Of a stretch of DNA of 64,000 nucleotides, positions 11,306-23,672 are shown one piece after another. The notes under the pieces are model-generated. The model did no database searches and had not been told where the DNA came from. It was given only the letters and a program-made list of their open reading frames with translations. The DNA is from Geosiphon pyriformis uo1. Lineage: Eukaryota; Fungi; Glomeromycota. Each line of letters opens with the position of its first letter. Within the stretch, counting starts at the first letter, position 1. The translations under genes and the position numbers were made by a program. The DNA is taken from NCBI GenBank assembly GCA_016748015.1, contig JAAOMT010000349.1, positions 126,812-190,811 of the forward strand, given 5' to 3'.

Positions 11306-13199
11306 TGTTTGTTGGCTGTTTTGGTTGGTTAAGTTGAGTGTTGGTTTTTATGTTTTCTAATTTTGTCTCATTCTGGAGAGACAGTCAACATTGGTGTGGA
11401 GTTTTCCTGGTTTGTGATATACTATGTATTGATAGTTTGTTAGAAATCCTGTCCATTGGGTTTGTTTTGCATTCAGCTGAGTATTTTTGTTCTGAAGCCA
11501 TTTGAGTCCAATATTATCAGTGATAATATCGAATTCCTTTGGCTGAAAATAAAGGTTGAAATAATGTAGGGCCCAAATTACAGCTGCTGTTTCTAATTTA
11601 GTGGCAGGATAATTTTTTTCAGCTGGTTTTAATGTTCTGCTAGCATAGACAATTACTTGCTCATTTTCATTGTCATCCAATTGTGATAGAATAGCACCAA
11701 AGGCAGTATAAAAGGCATCTGTTACTAATCAAAATTGGTTGCTGAAATCTGGGTAGGTGAGAATTAGAGCTGTTGTTAGTTTTTCTTTGAGGATTTCAAA
11801 TGCATTTTGGCATTGAGCAGTTCATTTGTATTTGACGTTTTTGGTGGTAAGCTGGTTGAGAGGTTTTGTGATTTCTGAGAATTTTTTGATAAACTTCCAA
11901 TAGTAGGAGGCTAACCCTATGAATTCTTTTAGTTCTGTAGTGTTTTAAGAAGTTTTGAAGTTTTTGACAGCACTGATTTTTCCAGGGTCTGGTTTGATTC
12001 TATCTTTACTAACAATATGGTCAAGGAAGATCAAGCTTGTTTTTCCGAAGTAGCATTTTTCGATGTTAAGTTTTAGTCCTGCTTTTCATAATTGTTAAAA
12101 AATTTCTCACAGGTGTTTTAAGTATAATTCGAATGATGAAGAATAAACATCAGTATCGTCAAGATAAATGACTACTGACTTCTAAAGGAGTCTTTGATAC
12201 ACAACATCCATTAATCTCTAAAACGTTGCTGGTGCATTGCATAATCCGAAAGGCATTACATTGAATTTGTAATTTCCACCTTGAGTGGTGAATGCTGTTT
12301 TGGGGTGATCTTTGAGATCCATAGCAACTTGCCAGTAACTGCTTTCTAAATCTAGTGTTGAAAAATATTTGGATTTTTCAAGGGCATCTAATATGTCATC
12401 AATTCGGGGAAGAGGGTAGACATCTCCAATTGTAACACTGTTGAGTTGTTGATAATCGACGCAAAATCGTATCTTTCTATTTTTCTTTTTAACTAGCACT
12501 ACAGGTAAAGCCCAAGGACTTATAGAGGGTTGGATGAGCCCATTGTTAAGCATTTGTTGTACTTCTTCTTAGATGAATTGGTGGCTTTCTGGAGCAACTC
12601 GATATGCTTGTTGTCTTTTTGGTTTGGCATCTCCTATATAAATTTGGTGTTAGACCAAATTGGTTCTTCCTAAGTCATTGTTGTTTTTAGCAAAGATATT
12701 GGCAAATTCTACAATTAGCTCTTTGAGCTGGCTTCGTTGTTGTGGTTCAAGTTGTCTCATGTTAATTCAAGATAGTTTTTCCATGACAACATGGTAGTTT
12801 TCAGAGCTAGGGTTTGGGTTGATTTTTGGTAGTGAATGTCCAATGATTTCCGAAAAATTGGGAACTGTCTGGAGTAGTTTTTGTTGAAAGATGTTATTGT
12901 GAATGATTCCAATTTCTAAGTTATTTAATAGAACTATGAGATAATTGTTGGGATTATAAAAAGTAACTCGGACTTTCTTTGTTCTTTCTGGAATATAAAT
13001 GTTTGGAATTGAAATATTATGTTCCAAGCAGACTTGTTCATTGGACTCAAAAATTTGTTGTGTGGTTATTGGCTTTGGGCAGGTGTAGATTTCCAAATGT
13101 TTTTTAAAGGGTGAGATGGTAATTGGTTATGGAAGTCTGAGAATCTGGTGGAATTTGTTCTGTGTGTTAAGAGCTATATTAATTGAAACAGTGAATTGT

Positions 13200-13600
13200 C
13201 CAATTGAACCAAAACCTTGGGTTCCTCTATCACTTTTTCCTAATTGTTCTCTTTGATTGACTAGTTGCAAACCCGAAATGTTGATTAGGGGTAGGTAAAT
13301 AGCTTGGGCAATTTTTCCAGCATGGTCGATCTTGAATGATTTGTCAGTTTTATTTTGAAGCATCACTCTAATGTCTCCAATATATCTAGCATTAATTATT
13401 CCTCCTTTGACATTGATTTCTTTGCTTGCCAGAGAGGACCAGGAGGTGATTTGAACTATTGCTCCTGGCAGGATTTCGAGTGCAATTTTGAGGTTGATTT
13501 TTGTGAGAGATTTGGGTTTGAGAACAAAAGTATTCTTGTCTGGATATCTTAGATCATATCCAGCATTAATTTCATGTACTTTTTTGGGTTTTATTCCTTG
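13200..13600 (-). pseudogene. dut: dUTPase domain within Pol (between protease and RT)
   Basis: All five trimeric dUTPase motifs are recognisable: AGYDL, SWSS (RSS), GIINARYIG (GIIDxGYxG), KIAQ, RGTQGFGSIG. Confidence 0.92.
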
Positions 13601-16600
13601 TCCATTGTTGTTAAAGTATTTGAGTTGTAAGGCAGACTGACTTTCGATAAGATAGATGGGTGTTGTTTCAATTTCTTCTGTTGCTTCAGGTTCTCCAAAT
13701 TCAATTTCATTTTCATCATTTTTACTGGGCAGGGGAATAGTAAAAGCATAGCATTCAGGACACTATTGCTCATCGCAGGGCATTATGCATTCTTCACACA
13801 ATTTAATGTTCATTTGTTCTAGCCATTGAGCTTGAACTTCTTTGGTCAGATAAGTATAACTGGCAATTTGGTGATATACTTCTACTTCATCTTTGTAATT
13901 GTATCCAGCGATTTCAAAGGTGTATGCAATGTATTCTGATTCTTTCATTTGAAGAACATTTTTTTGAGTGGCTCTATTGATTAAAGCCATTGCTAGGTCA
14001 AAAATTATTTTGGCATCATAAGGATAATGATACAATTTGTTGAGAGCACTGTTATATGCTGCATCAAAGGGTGTTTTTCCTTTGACTTTTTCTGAAATTG
14101 ATAAAACATATTGGCAGGTTTGATCACAGACTCCTCCTCTCATTGTTACATCAATCCAATTGCATTCTTCTGGTAGCATATCTCCACAAGTCAAACAAGG
14201 AGTGTTGCCCTATTTTCCACTTCTTTTTATTAGATGGCCCCATCATTCTCTGTGGCAAGCCTTGCAGTAGTAATAAGTATGATTTTCATATTCTTCTTCA
14301 GGTGAAATGCAGGCTCCCATTAATGATAGTTTCTTGTGGCAGTCCTTACATTTAAGGGAAATATAGAGGCGTTGTTTCTTTGGTTTAAGCTTTGAGTAAG
14401 GAATATTCCATCCAGGGGTTTCGAGTTTAGAGTGTGGTGTAAAATGTTTTTGTTCAGTTTCATTGGCCCAATTGAACGTTGATCCAAGAGCCATGAATGT
14501 TTCGATTATTGGTTTTTCTTCTTCTGGTTTGAATTCAAAAGCCGGGGCTTTTTCAGAGTGTTTGTTAAATGTACCACAAGTGGCAGGTACTCAGACATGT
14601 TGTTCTTGGTAAGAGATTTGTAGTTCTTGGGTTTCCCAGTCTAATTTTGCATTGGCTTTTTGGAGCCAATCGTTTCTAACAAGGGCTTGATACTGGGGAG
14701 CATTTATTATAAGAACTTTGACTGGAATGGTAATTCTATCAAGAGTAAACGGAAAATTGTTAATTTCTCCTACTGGAGTCTTTTTCATGCCATCAGCAGT
14801 AATGATTACTGTCTGAGCTGGTCAGTCAACATTTCTCTTTAACTGTTGCATCAACTGGTAGGTGATGATGCTTCCAGCAGATCTACTGTCTAAGATCAAG
14901 CGAATTGGCTTTCTTTCTGCTTCAGCTTCTGTGTACATTGCAGTGATGGCTTTTTGCTTGTTAGCTGCTGCACTGCTAAGCAAGAATGGTGATTTATTTG
15001 CTTCAAATTCGAAAGGGAATATATCAGAGAGATTGGCATTTTTAGCAATTCTGGCTGGTAAAATAGTGGTGTGGTTATGAGAAGGATTTTGTTGTTGTGC
15101 TGTAGCTCTACCTTCCAAGGGTGCAGTATGGTGAAAATTCTGCTCTTCTGGCATTGTTAAATAACTGGGTTGAGTGTGATAGTGGTTGGGTCTTGGTTGA
15201 GTGGAATTTCGGGGAACCAATTGGTTGTTTAAACTGATTCTATTGTTGTTTACTTGGTATCAGTTTTGTGATGTAAATTAATTTTGTGTAATTAGTCTTT
15301 GAGCAGATACTTGATAATGTTGTGTGGGTGGTTGTTGGTATTGCTGTTGGATTGGCTGTGAGGCGGGCTAATAATAGTTACTTGGGTATTGGAGTCTTGG
15401 TGAATAGTAAGCTAATAGTGGTGGTTGATAATAAAATTGCTGTGGTGGAGAGTAATGTTGATTACTCCTATTTTGTTGGTCTCATTGTAGCTTTCTGCAA
15501 TCTCTTTTCCAGTGGCCAGAGATTCTACAGTAATGGCAATTTTGAGGCTGGTTATTAGAAAGTGGTGCAAAGTTATTTTGATTTCATCTTTAAAGTGGTT
15601 GATATCTTTGGGGTTGCTGTTGTTGTTTATTGGTAAAATAGTTTTCAACCTTTTTTGTGAGTTGGTCAATTTTTTTCTCAGCTGCTGAGCTGGTTTCTTC
15701 AATTGCCAAATTTACAAGTTTTGTGTGATTGGTCTTTTCTATGGCTATTTTGTATCTTTTTGCATGCTGTATAGCAGAGTTTAAATCTTTTGGGGCATGT
15801 GGGCAAACCTTTTTAATTAGTTTATCTTTTAGACCAGCGATAAATTGATCTAAGATTTGAGCATTAGAATAATAATTATTAGTTTCAAGTTGACGAATTT
15901 GTTTGAAAAGTTTGTTGAATTTCCCAATATAAGTCATGACAGATTCAGAGGGTTCTTGTTTGATATTGTGAAAACAATTTTGAATTGTAATTGAGGTGTT
16001 GTTATTGGTGAATTATTCTAAGAAGGCAGTTTTGAAAGCTGTCCAGTCATTAAAAGAGGTGGTCAAGTTTTCGAACCATTCGCCTGCTGTTTCTTTAAGA
16101 AAGTAGGGAATTGTTTTTAACATTCTGGCAGCATTCCATCCATTTGCATCTCCAGCTTTAGTAACTTGGTTGAGCCATTTTTGGGGACTGGTCTTAATGT
16201 CTTCTCCATTGAATTCAGAGATTTTTGCAATGTATGCTGTCATTTCGTCTTCTTCATTTTCACTGTTTATTGATTCTTCTTCAGATATTTCAGAGTTATT
16301 TTCTTCATTCGTTGCTGTTTCAGAGTGTTTACTTCAATTTTCAGCTAGAAAGTCAAGGAGATTGGAACTAGTTTGAAGGGGTTCTTGTTGTCTGATGGGA
16401 CTTTTGGATGATGTAAAATCTTTTAGTCTTGCAAATTGATTTAAAGGTAAATTAGGTGTTTGTGCTTGTGCAAGTGAAGCTGGAAAAGGTGTGATAGTAA
16501 GTAGAAGTTTTGAACTGGTTCCTTGTTCAGGTGTTTGTAAGTATTTGGCAGTTGTCTTTGGTAGTATTGGAGTATTTGGGGTGGTTTTTGAGTATTGCTT

Positions 16601-17001
16601 CAATTTTTGTTTGCCTTTGTTGCTTGTTTCTGTCTCTGATTTAAAATCAATAGAGTATTGAGATTGCACTAAATATGTTTCTTCACAGTACTTGATAATA
16701 TTAAAGTTAAGTTCTTAAAAGTAAGTGGCAAGTGTTTCACTGTTAAGATCTTCAGTTCCCAACTGTGAATAGTATACTAAATTATTGTAAAAGTTGCTTC
16801 TAACTTCTGAGATATTGTAATTTCCAAAAAGATAATTGTTGATGTGGTTTTCAATGTATTGGTATACTGATTTCTTGACAACTTCAATTCCGTCTGGAAT
16901 GTTGAATCTTTGCTTACAGTGGGTGTAAATTGATTGGTAATACTCTAGAGTTGTTGCATCTGGTGTGGTCACCACTTTGAATTTGTTTTTGCTTGTGTTG
17001 T

Positions 17002-17019
17002 TTCCGTGGGAGAGCACCA
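17002..17019 (-). promoter_or_regulatory. Primer binding site TGGTGCTCTCCCACGGAA
   Basis: Starts with TGG 2 nt after the 5' LTR. Complement UUCCGUG-GGAGAGC-A-CCA fits tRNA positions 59-76. Confidence 0.85.
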
Positions 17020-17021
17020 AA

Positions 17022-18005
17022 TGTTACTGGAGGTTTTTGGTCTCTTTTCTTGAATGTTGCTGATGTTGATTTGCTGTGAATTTACGTTTTTAGGAAGTAG
17101 TTGAACCTCCAATAACTGAATTTATCTTTAAATTATCTCCTATAATTTGAACTGCTGGGCTTATAAGTAGAATGACCAATTCCGTGCCAGTTACTTTGTA
17201 TAGTTACGTTGTAGTAAATGTCAACTCTTTCCCAGGAATTGCTCATCTGGAAGCTCACTAAAAATGTGTAGTTACTTTGCTGTGAAAGTCAACTCTTCTA
17301 CAGGAATTTTATCTGTAGACTACTCTAATGATTATAATAAAAAAAATAAAATAAAATAAAAGAAATGTAAAAGAAATAGAATTTTATCAAGAGAAACGTT
17401 TTTTTCTATCCAAGCCTGAAGTCACTAACAGTTTATTGAAATTGGTAGCTAATCAATTTCAAAACAGTTTATTAGGAATTTGTTAATTTTAAAAGGGAAT
17501 AATTAAGGATTTGATTTTTTGAATTATTTAATATTTATTTTGTTTTTGTATGTAAAGGATGATTCTAATTATTAAATCTGAAGTAAGATATATTTTCTCG
17601 AAGAAAGAAGCTTTTCTTTTATACAACTTGTTGTAACACTATTCTATGAACTCAAACTTTGCTATTTTTCTATGATTTCGCTGAACTAAAGATACATTTT
17701 GGCAAACTACAAGTTATTTCTGTGAACTATTAGATATTTTGGTGAACTATTAATTATTTCGGTAAATTTCTACAAATTTTGGTGAACTTTTTGAATGTTA
17801 CATAGTTCGGGGTATTGCATGATTGATCATTATAATTAGATTACATTTGTGTTATATACAAATTGGGTTATTAATTAAATAATAATTTCAGACATTTTGC
17901 TAATGTAATAAGTGATAATTTGAAACAATAATATATGTTAATTAATGATGGAAATTATAAAAATAATTTCATGCTAAATAATATCTCTAATTTCATCTGG
18001 TAACA
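17022..18005 (-). repeat. 5' LTR of Gypsy A1
   Basis: Direct repeat of 8274-9258, followed on the minus strand by a PBS. Confidence 0.96.
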
Positions 18006-21000
18006 GCACAAACAAGATTAACAATATGATGACACTCCACCCAACAACTATTCCAAAAATCCAGATGCACTAAACCCAATTCCGATCTGCAGGCATCTAA
18101 CACGGCCTAACTATCCGAAAATAAGCAAACTTTGCTAACTGCAAGAATACACTCGAGAGCAAGTGCAATAGCTTGCAATTCTGCCAAAGTAGATGACAAC
18201 AAATCCAATACCCTAATACTCAAACTCATATTAATATCATCAAAGAAAACCACCACACCCAATTTAACACTAAGAGTACTCAAACCAGCCAAGGATTCAT
18301 TGGTATAAACTGAAAGGCTATTAGCATCTAATCCCAACAAACAATTACAAACCAAATCAAAATCAGTGGATTCCAAAACATTAGGAGCAAAAGAAACACC
18401 CACTAAACAGTTATGAACAGAAGAAGATGACTCCGCACTACCAAGATAACCAACAGAAACATTAAACCAATTAGGAATAGACCCACGTGGGTCCAGCCTT
18501 TTCCAATGCTTGAAAGTCTTCCAATCAAAAGCACCACCATTGCAATGACGCAATTGTTCCACAAAGGCAATTCCATACCGCCAAAGTGAGGAAAAACACT
18601 TAGAAAATTTCATCTTCCCAAGAACCAAAGACATGGGAGTACCATGGGAGAATTAGAATGCACTGGGGCCGAGACTATTAAAAAACAAACTGCAATTGAC
18701 AAAAATACAAACCACATCTGCTAGAAAATTGTTTGAAGGATTCAATTTTAAACAAGCTGGAAAGACCAAAGGGTGTACAAGATGCCAGCTAAGAGTCTAT
18801 AAGTCATGAAACCTATGGAGAAACAAACAACCCAGGATTCCAACAGCATTGGCAAAACACATTACGAATACTGATTTACTCTCAGCCTGAATCTGTTCAA
18901 ACGTTTTTAAGCCATAAAGAAAGAAGTAATGAAAAGCATCATTGGAGAAGTCCGAAGGAAGACCTGCTTTGGATTTGAATCCTTTACAAATCAAAGCATC
19001 CCATTTACAGCAAACACTAAGTAGAACAAAACTAAACTGCGTTCTATAACTGACAATGGAGTGAAAAACTGCTGAAACTAAATATGAGAACTGCTTATTA
19101 GAGATGGCCTTCTTCAGGATAAAATTGGTGAAAAACTGGACATCCAAATGCACCTTGGTCAAACTGGGCTTTGACAAACTACCTGTAAACAGAAAAATGC
19201 CCAAATACCGGTAAGGTTCCCCTTTCTTGGCAATAGAAATAGGCACACTACTGATTGTCAGAAAGGGGCTCACAATCTTACAGTTAATGGGAATTGCTAC
19301 TGTTTTATTATTGTTTATTGAAATATCATTAATTCTAAAAAATTCACTAGCAACATTGAAAATATGTTGTGTTGCAGTCTGACTGCTGCTGACCCAAATT
19401 GTATTGTCCACAAAAACACCAGCAGCAAAAAAAGAGAAAAACCAGTCTGAGGTTCAACATGGCCAGTCTTAGCAACGAAATGAGAATTCAATCTATATCC
19501 ACAAAATTTTTCTTGCCTCTTGACTTTACACAAAAGAGAATCATAAAATATATGCCAGAGAAAAAGTGAGAACACTTCTTCTTGATCAAGACCATCATGG
19601 ACTTGATAACCATCAGTTAAGCCAAAGTCAGTCATTACTCTATTGACTCGATTACTGTGAATGCCACCGAAAAATTGAATGAACCTGCCACACATTTTAA
19701 TTCTAATCAAACTCTTTTTTAAATGCTCCCAGCCAACAGAATTATAGGCTTTCTTCATGTTCTGCAAAACCAGCCAAAGCTTACGGTTTTTCTCCAGAGC
19801 ATTCTCAACCACCAAACTGACAGCAAAGATAGGAGACTGTGTCGTTGTACCCTTCAAAACCAAAAAATTGTCCCCACGGAAAACGTTGTGAGTACTGCAT
19901 GCCAAAGAAATCCTGTCCAAGAAGATCTTTGAAAGGATCTTATGAGTGGTTTCAATCAAAGCAATGGGTTAGGTGTTCATAAAAACTCCCTCCCATTCAT
20001 AAGGTTTGGAGATTATAGACATCCAGGCTTCCTTCCAAGAACCAGGAACTGACTCACAGAGTAAACAAGAGTTCAAGAGCACCAACAACATATTCAGAAC
20101 TGATTCATCACAATGCTTTCAAAGCTCATTTGAAATACCAGACAAACTAGCAGCCTTATCATTAGGCAAATCCGAAACAACACCAAACAACTTAACAGAA
20201 CTAATAGGGTCCATTATTCTCGAAAATACATTATCAAATACATACTCCAAGGGTTGGTACTGGTAACACCAGTCAGCAGAGATATCAGTGACCAATCCGT
20301 GTTTTCTGGTCCAGCCTTCCATGATAACATCCACCTTAGATTTAACCAAATCAGGCTCCAAGACCAACTCCCCATCATCCACCAAATGATCCAACACCAT
20401 TTTATGAAAAGAATGCTCCAAAACACTTCTAATGGTGTAACTCTTATCTACCTCAAAACTCTCTATTCTTCTCTTAATAGTCTGCCTTATACAAAATTTT
20501 CTAGCATGCTTAGATTCTAATAGCTTAGAAGAGCGCTAAGACTTCCTTGTCTTAGCCAGCCCAGAACGGATCGCATCAAAGCCAGCACCAGAAAGAAACA
20601 GAGCTTTCACTGATAAAGCATCCACAGAATTAAGTCTGTTCCAAGTATCCAACAACAAGGCAAAATCCCCACCAAAAACCAACCAAGAAGCCTTTACCAG
20701 TTTAGACACAAGTAGCTCAAGTCTATAAAACCAGGAAGCTACCTTATTAAAAACACAATTGAAACCCTTAAACCATTTTTTCTTGAATGTTTCACCAGCC
20801 GAAAGAACCATAACCTTATGAACAATGTCCTATATTGCATCCAGATCAGAAAACTGCTTAGCTACAACATACTCATCTGAAAACATAACCACATTAGCAG
20901 CCGTAGCATTCCTGAATTCTGACCACTTAATCTTACTGGCATCTTTAATATCATACTTCCAACAATCTTTATTAGCTTGTTTGTACAGTGAATTCAGCTG

Positions 21001-21717
21001 GAAATTGAGCAGGCCATCCAGTCCCATAGAAACATAAACGGCCTTGTGATTAGTATCAAAATATTCCTCAATGCCATCCACACCACGATCCACCACCACA
21101 CCAGCCAAATTAGAAGAAACAAACACATATTCGATTGTCTTAGTGATACCACAAGAATTGCACCAAGTAGATGACTTTACAAAAGAGCTCCCTTTCAGAG
21201 AGTTAATTAAACCCAAATCAAAACATTTTTTAAAGCTGGCACATTTGTGCGAACCATTCTCATTAAAATTACCACCAAGAATAACAAAGAAAAACTCATT
21301 AATGGCTTTAGCAATGAGAAAGTTGATCTCATCAGTCTGAAAAAACCAAGCCACCGATGAAGCACCAGCATAGAGCCCCAAAATAGACACCAAAAGTTTA
21401 TTTTTGAAAAGCAACTTGATAGATAGGAGCTGACCAGACACCTCAGAGATCTTGCAGACATGCTTTGCTAAAGAAGAATTCACGACGATTAACACCCCAG
21501 CACCCAAAGAACCAGAATCCAGACCAAAAGCAAAAACTTGAATACCATCAAATTTGTTGGCTAACTATGAGCAAACTTTCCCTTTAAGCTTCGACTCCAT
21601 AAAAATAAAAACCAAATTGTCTATATCCTTGTGCCAATGAATGACATCATCTTGCTTCACAGGATTGTTCAATCCATGAACATTACACATAGCAATTTTC
21701 TATATCAGACCATTCAT
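18006..21717 (-). pseudogene. LINE B ORF2 5' part: APE endonuclease, RT, N-terminal RNase H
   Basis: GGNFNE, DTNH (APE); KKAYNSVGW, GLDQEEVFS, FVDNTIW (RT); VYTNES, LAELQAI, LFSDS (RNase H). Confidence 0.9.
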
Positions 21718-23513
21718 TGAGAAATAGGGAGAGGAAAAGCACCACCTGCCAAAGCCAAACCATTCAAGTGCACTGATAGACTCATGACCAAAGCAGAGAG
21801 ACTTTCCAACATGTTTTCCAATTTCACAACCTCAGGTGAGGCAGTTGAACCAAGAACGGCAGCAGTCTTGTCACTAGTGGCATCACCCAAACCCACTCCC
21901 ATCACTATATCCTCCTCTTGATTCTGCAATGGGAGGGTCACTGGCAGCTGACGTCCAGGGCTAAGCTAGAAAACTGCCAGCACAAATGAGTCCAACCTCT
22001 TAGCCAACTTACCAATTTGTCCCACGAGACTGACAAGACTGCTTTCAATATTCTTTAAATGATTTTCTAATTCACTATTAACAGGCAGAAAAGGTTTACC
22101 ATAAGATATAGAACCAGATTGAGCTGAACCACCAAAAAACACTATCAGAAGTAGTCTACCAACCACGGAAGCCCAAGTTTTTCCACCAAAAGCCAAGGGA
22201 CAAGAAACGGGTGCAGACTTTTTTTCATATATCTTTGCCAGACGGAACTGATCCTGAGCTGAGAGAGGAGCTCTCTTGCTCCTAGGACTTGAAGACACAC
22301 CAGTAGTATGACAAACGAGAGAAGTATGACTGAAAGTTTTGCAAATTGAGCACAATGCAGTGGTTAAATAAGACCATCGGAGACTAACATCTTTTATAAC
22401 AGGAGTGTTTGCCATTGTCTAAATAAGGCTACTCTCAGAATCGAAGCACACAGTGATACAGCATGCCCAGACATAACTGACAGAACTGCACTCAATAACA
22501 CATGTTTTCCCACCAACTGAACCAATGAAGTCCCAAAGATCATGAGCATTGGTGCCTATGGGAAGGATATAAAGCAAAGCCCTAAACTCATCTCTGGCAT
22601 TTTATGTTTATTTGTCAACATTGGCCTGGGCCACACGCACCACATCTTTCCCAATAAGGATGGACCACTCAGCTGCCAAGAAATCAGCCTGAATTTAATC
22701 CTCCATTTCGATGACTACCTTTTGCCATAGTCCCACCAACTGCATCTTGATCAACTTAATAACTCCAAAATCAGAAATGGCTGCATGCACTGCCTCAATG
22801 AAAATTCCCACAGGAATTTTTTTCAACACAATTGCCCGATTCGTACGATTGTTGATGGAGTGCTTAAGATCAGTGTTTACTATAACACTATGATCATTTG
22901 CCAATTGTGCAACTGCCATCATCGCCTTTTTAGAAGTGAAAGATGCCCAAATGATTCCACCAAATTTTGAGAGGATGGAAGCCCCCCCAAAACCATTTAC
23001 ACTTGAAAAGATTTTTCTGACAAAATTGACTTTTTCCTGAGATGATTTACCAGCCACTGCTACAAGATCAATATCTAAAGCAAAAAATTTGCAAACAGGC
23101 ACTTGAACAGATGGCTTGACTGGAAAAGGAGGTGGGAGAAGAAGAAAATCATCCAACACATCATCTTCTGCATTGACAGTATCATAGTCAATTACATCCA
23201 GTGGTTTCCTTAGCACCTTCTTGGTTTTCACACGCAAACCCTTTGGTGTCTGATCAGAATTCCCTCCTGTAAAAGTACCATTATCATCATAATCTACACT
23301 GGTTTCTTTAACCAAGCATTTTTCTTCCATGTCAATACTCTCAGATTCTGTAGTGTTACCAGTTTTAGAACCCCATGAATGAGTGCTGAGAGTTTTAACA
23401 GCAACCCTTTTATTATTAATACTTTCTTCCAACACACCACCCTTCTTTTTCTTCCTTGATGCAACAGCCTTAAAACCATTTTCAGAACCAGAAGCTTTAA
23501 TGGTCTTCTTCAT
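21714..23513 (-). pseudogene. LINE B ORF1, nonsense-disrupted
   Basis: ORF pieces 22695-23513, 21966-22415 and 21714-21941; knuckle CSICKTFSHTSLVC. Confidence 0.88.
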
Positions 23514-23672
23514 AACAGCAATAACAGAGCCAACAGTGGCCTCGTAATTGAAAAATGGTTTTAATTTGTCATACTGAATGGTAAAAAACTTCTTTCAAAA
23601 AAACTATAGACTCTTTTTCGGGAATTTTGAATGAAAAAGAAAAAAATTTTATTATTAAATATATATAATATA

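Larger units (their letters stand above)
11357..17020 (-). pseudogene. gag-pol: Single-frame Gag-PR-CysRich-dUTPase-RT-RNaseH polyprotein (~1880 codons), broken only by nonsense codons
   Basis: Twelve ORF-track fragments from 16715-17020 to 11357-11680 share one frame. Capsid (QILDQFIAGL), knuckle CHYCRISGHWKRDC (15497-15538), protease LILDSRSAGS, RT (RFCVDY, YPLPRIDD, VMPFGLCNAPATF, YLDD), RNase H (TDA, YASRTL, ITDN, HKPGK). Confidence 0.93.
8274..18005 (-). mobile_element. Full-length Ty3/Gypsy LTR retrotransposon, family A copy A1 (9.73 kb)
   Basis: Two ~985-bp LTRs with TGTTAC...GTAACA ends, TSD GCAC (8270-8273, 18006-18009), PBS, PPT, and domain order gag-PR-dUTPase-RT-RH-IN. Confidence 0.97.
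7161..23649 (-). mobile_element. Full-length LINE copy B (~6.75 kb), interrupted by Gypsy A1
   Basis: TSD TATTATTAAAT at 7150-7160 and 23650-23660. Poly(A) at 7161-7169 after AATAAA (7174-7179). ORF1 23513-21714; ORF2 21717-18006 plus 8273-7291. The reading frame is restored across the Gypsy insertion (WVECHHIVNLVCAKRLDISWCKVK*HFGVVGNDQADELA). Confidence 0.95.

Noticed and set aside
14900-15600. Gag-Pol ribosomal frameshift site
   Set aside because: Gag and Pol fragments are all in the same frame.
11357-17020. Alternative genetic code or programmed readthrough explaining in-frame stops
   Set aside because: Stops fall at different positions in different copies and are one transition from Trp, Gln or Arg codons, so they are mutational.
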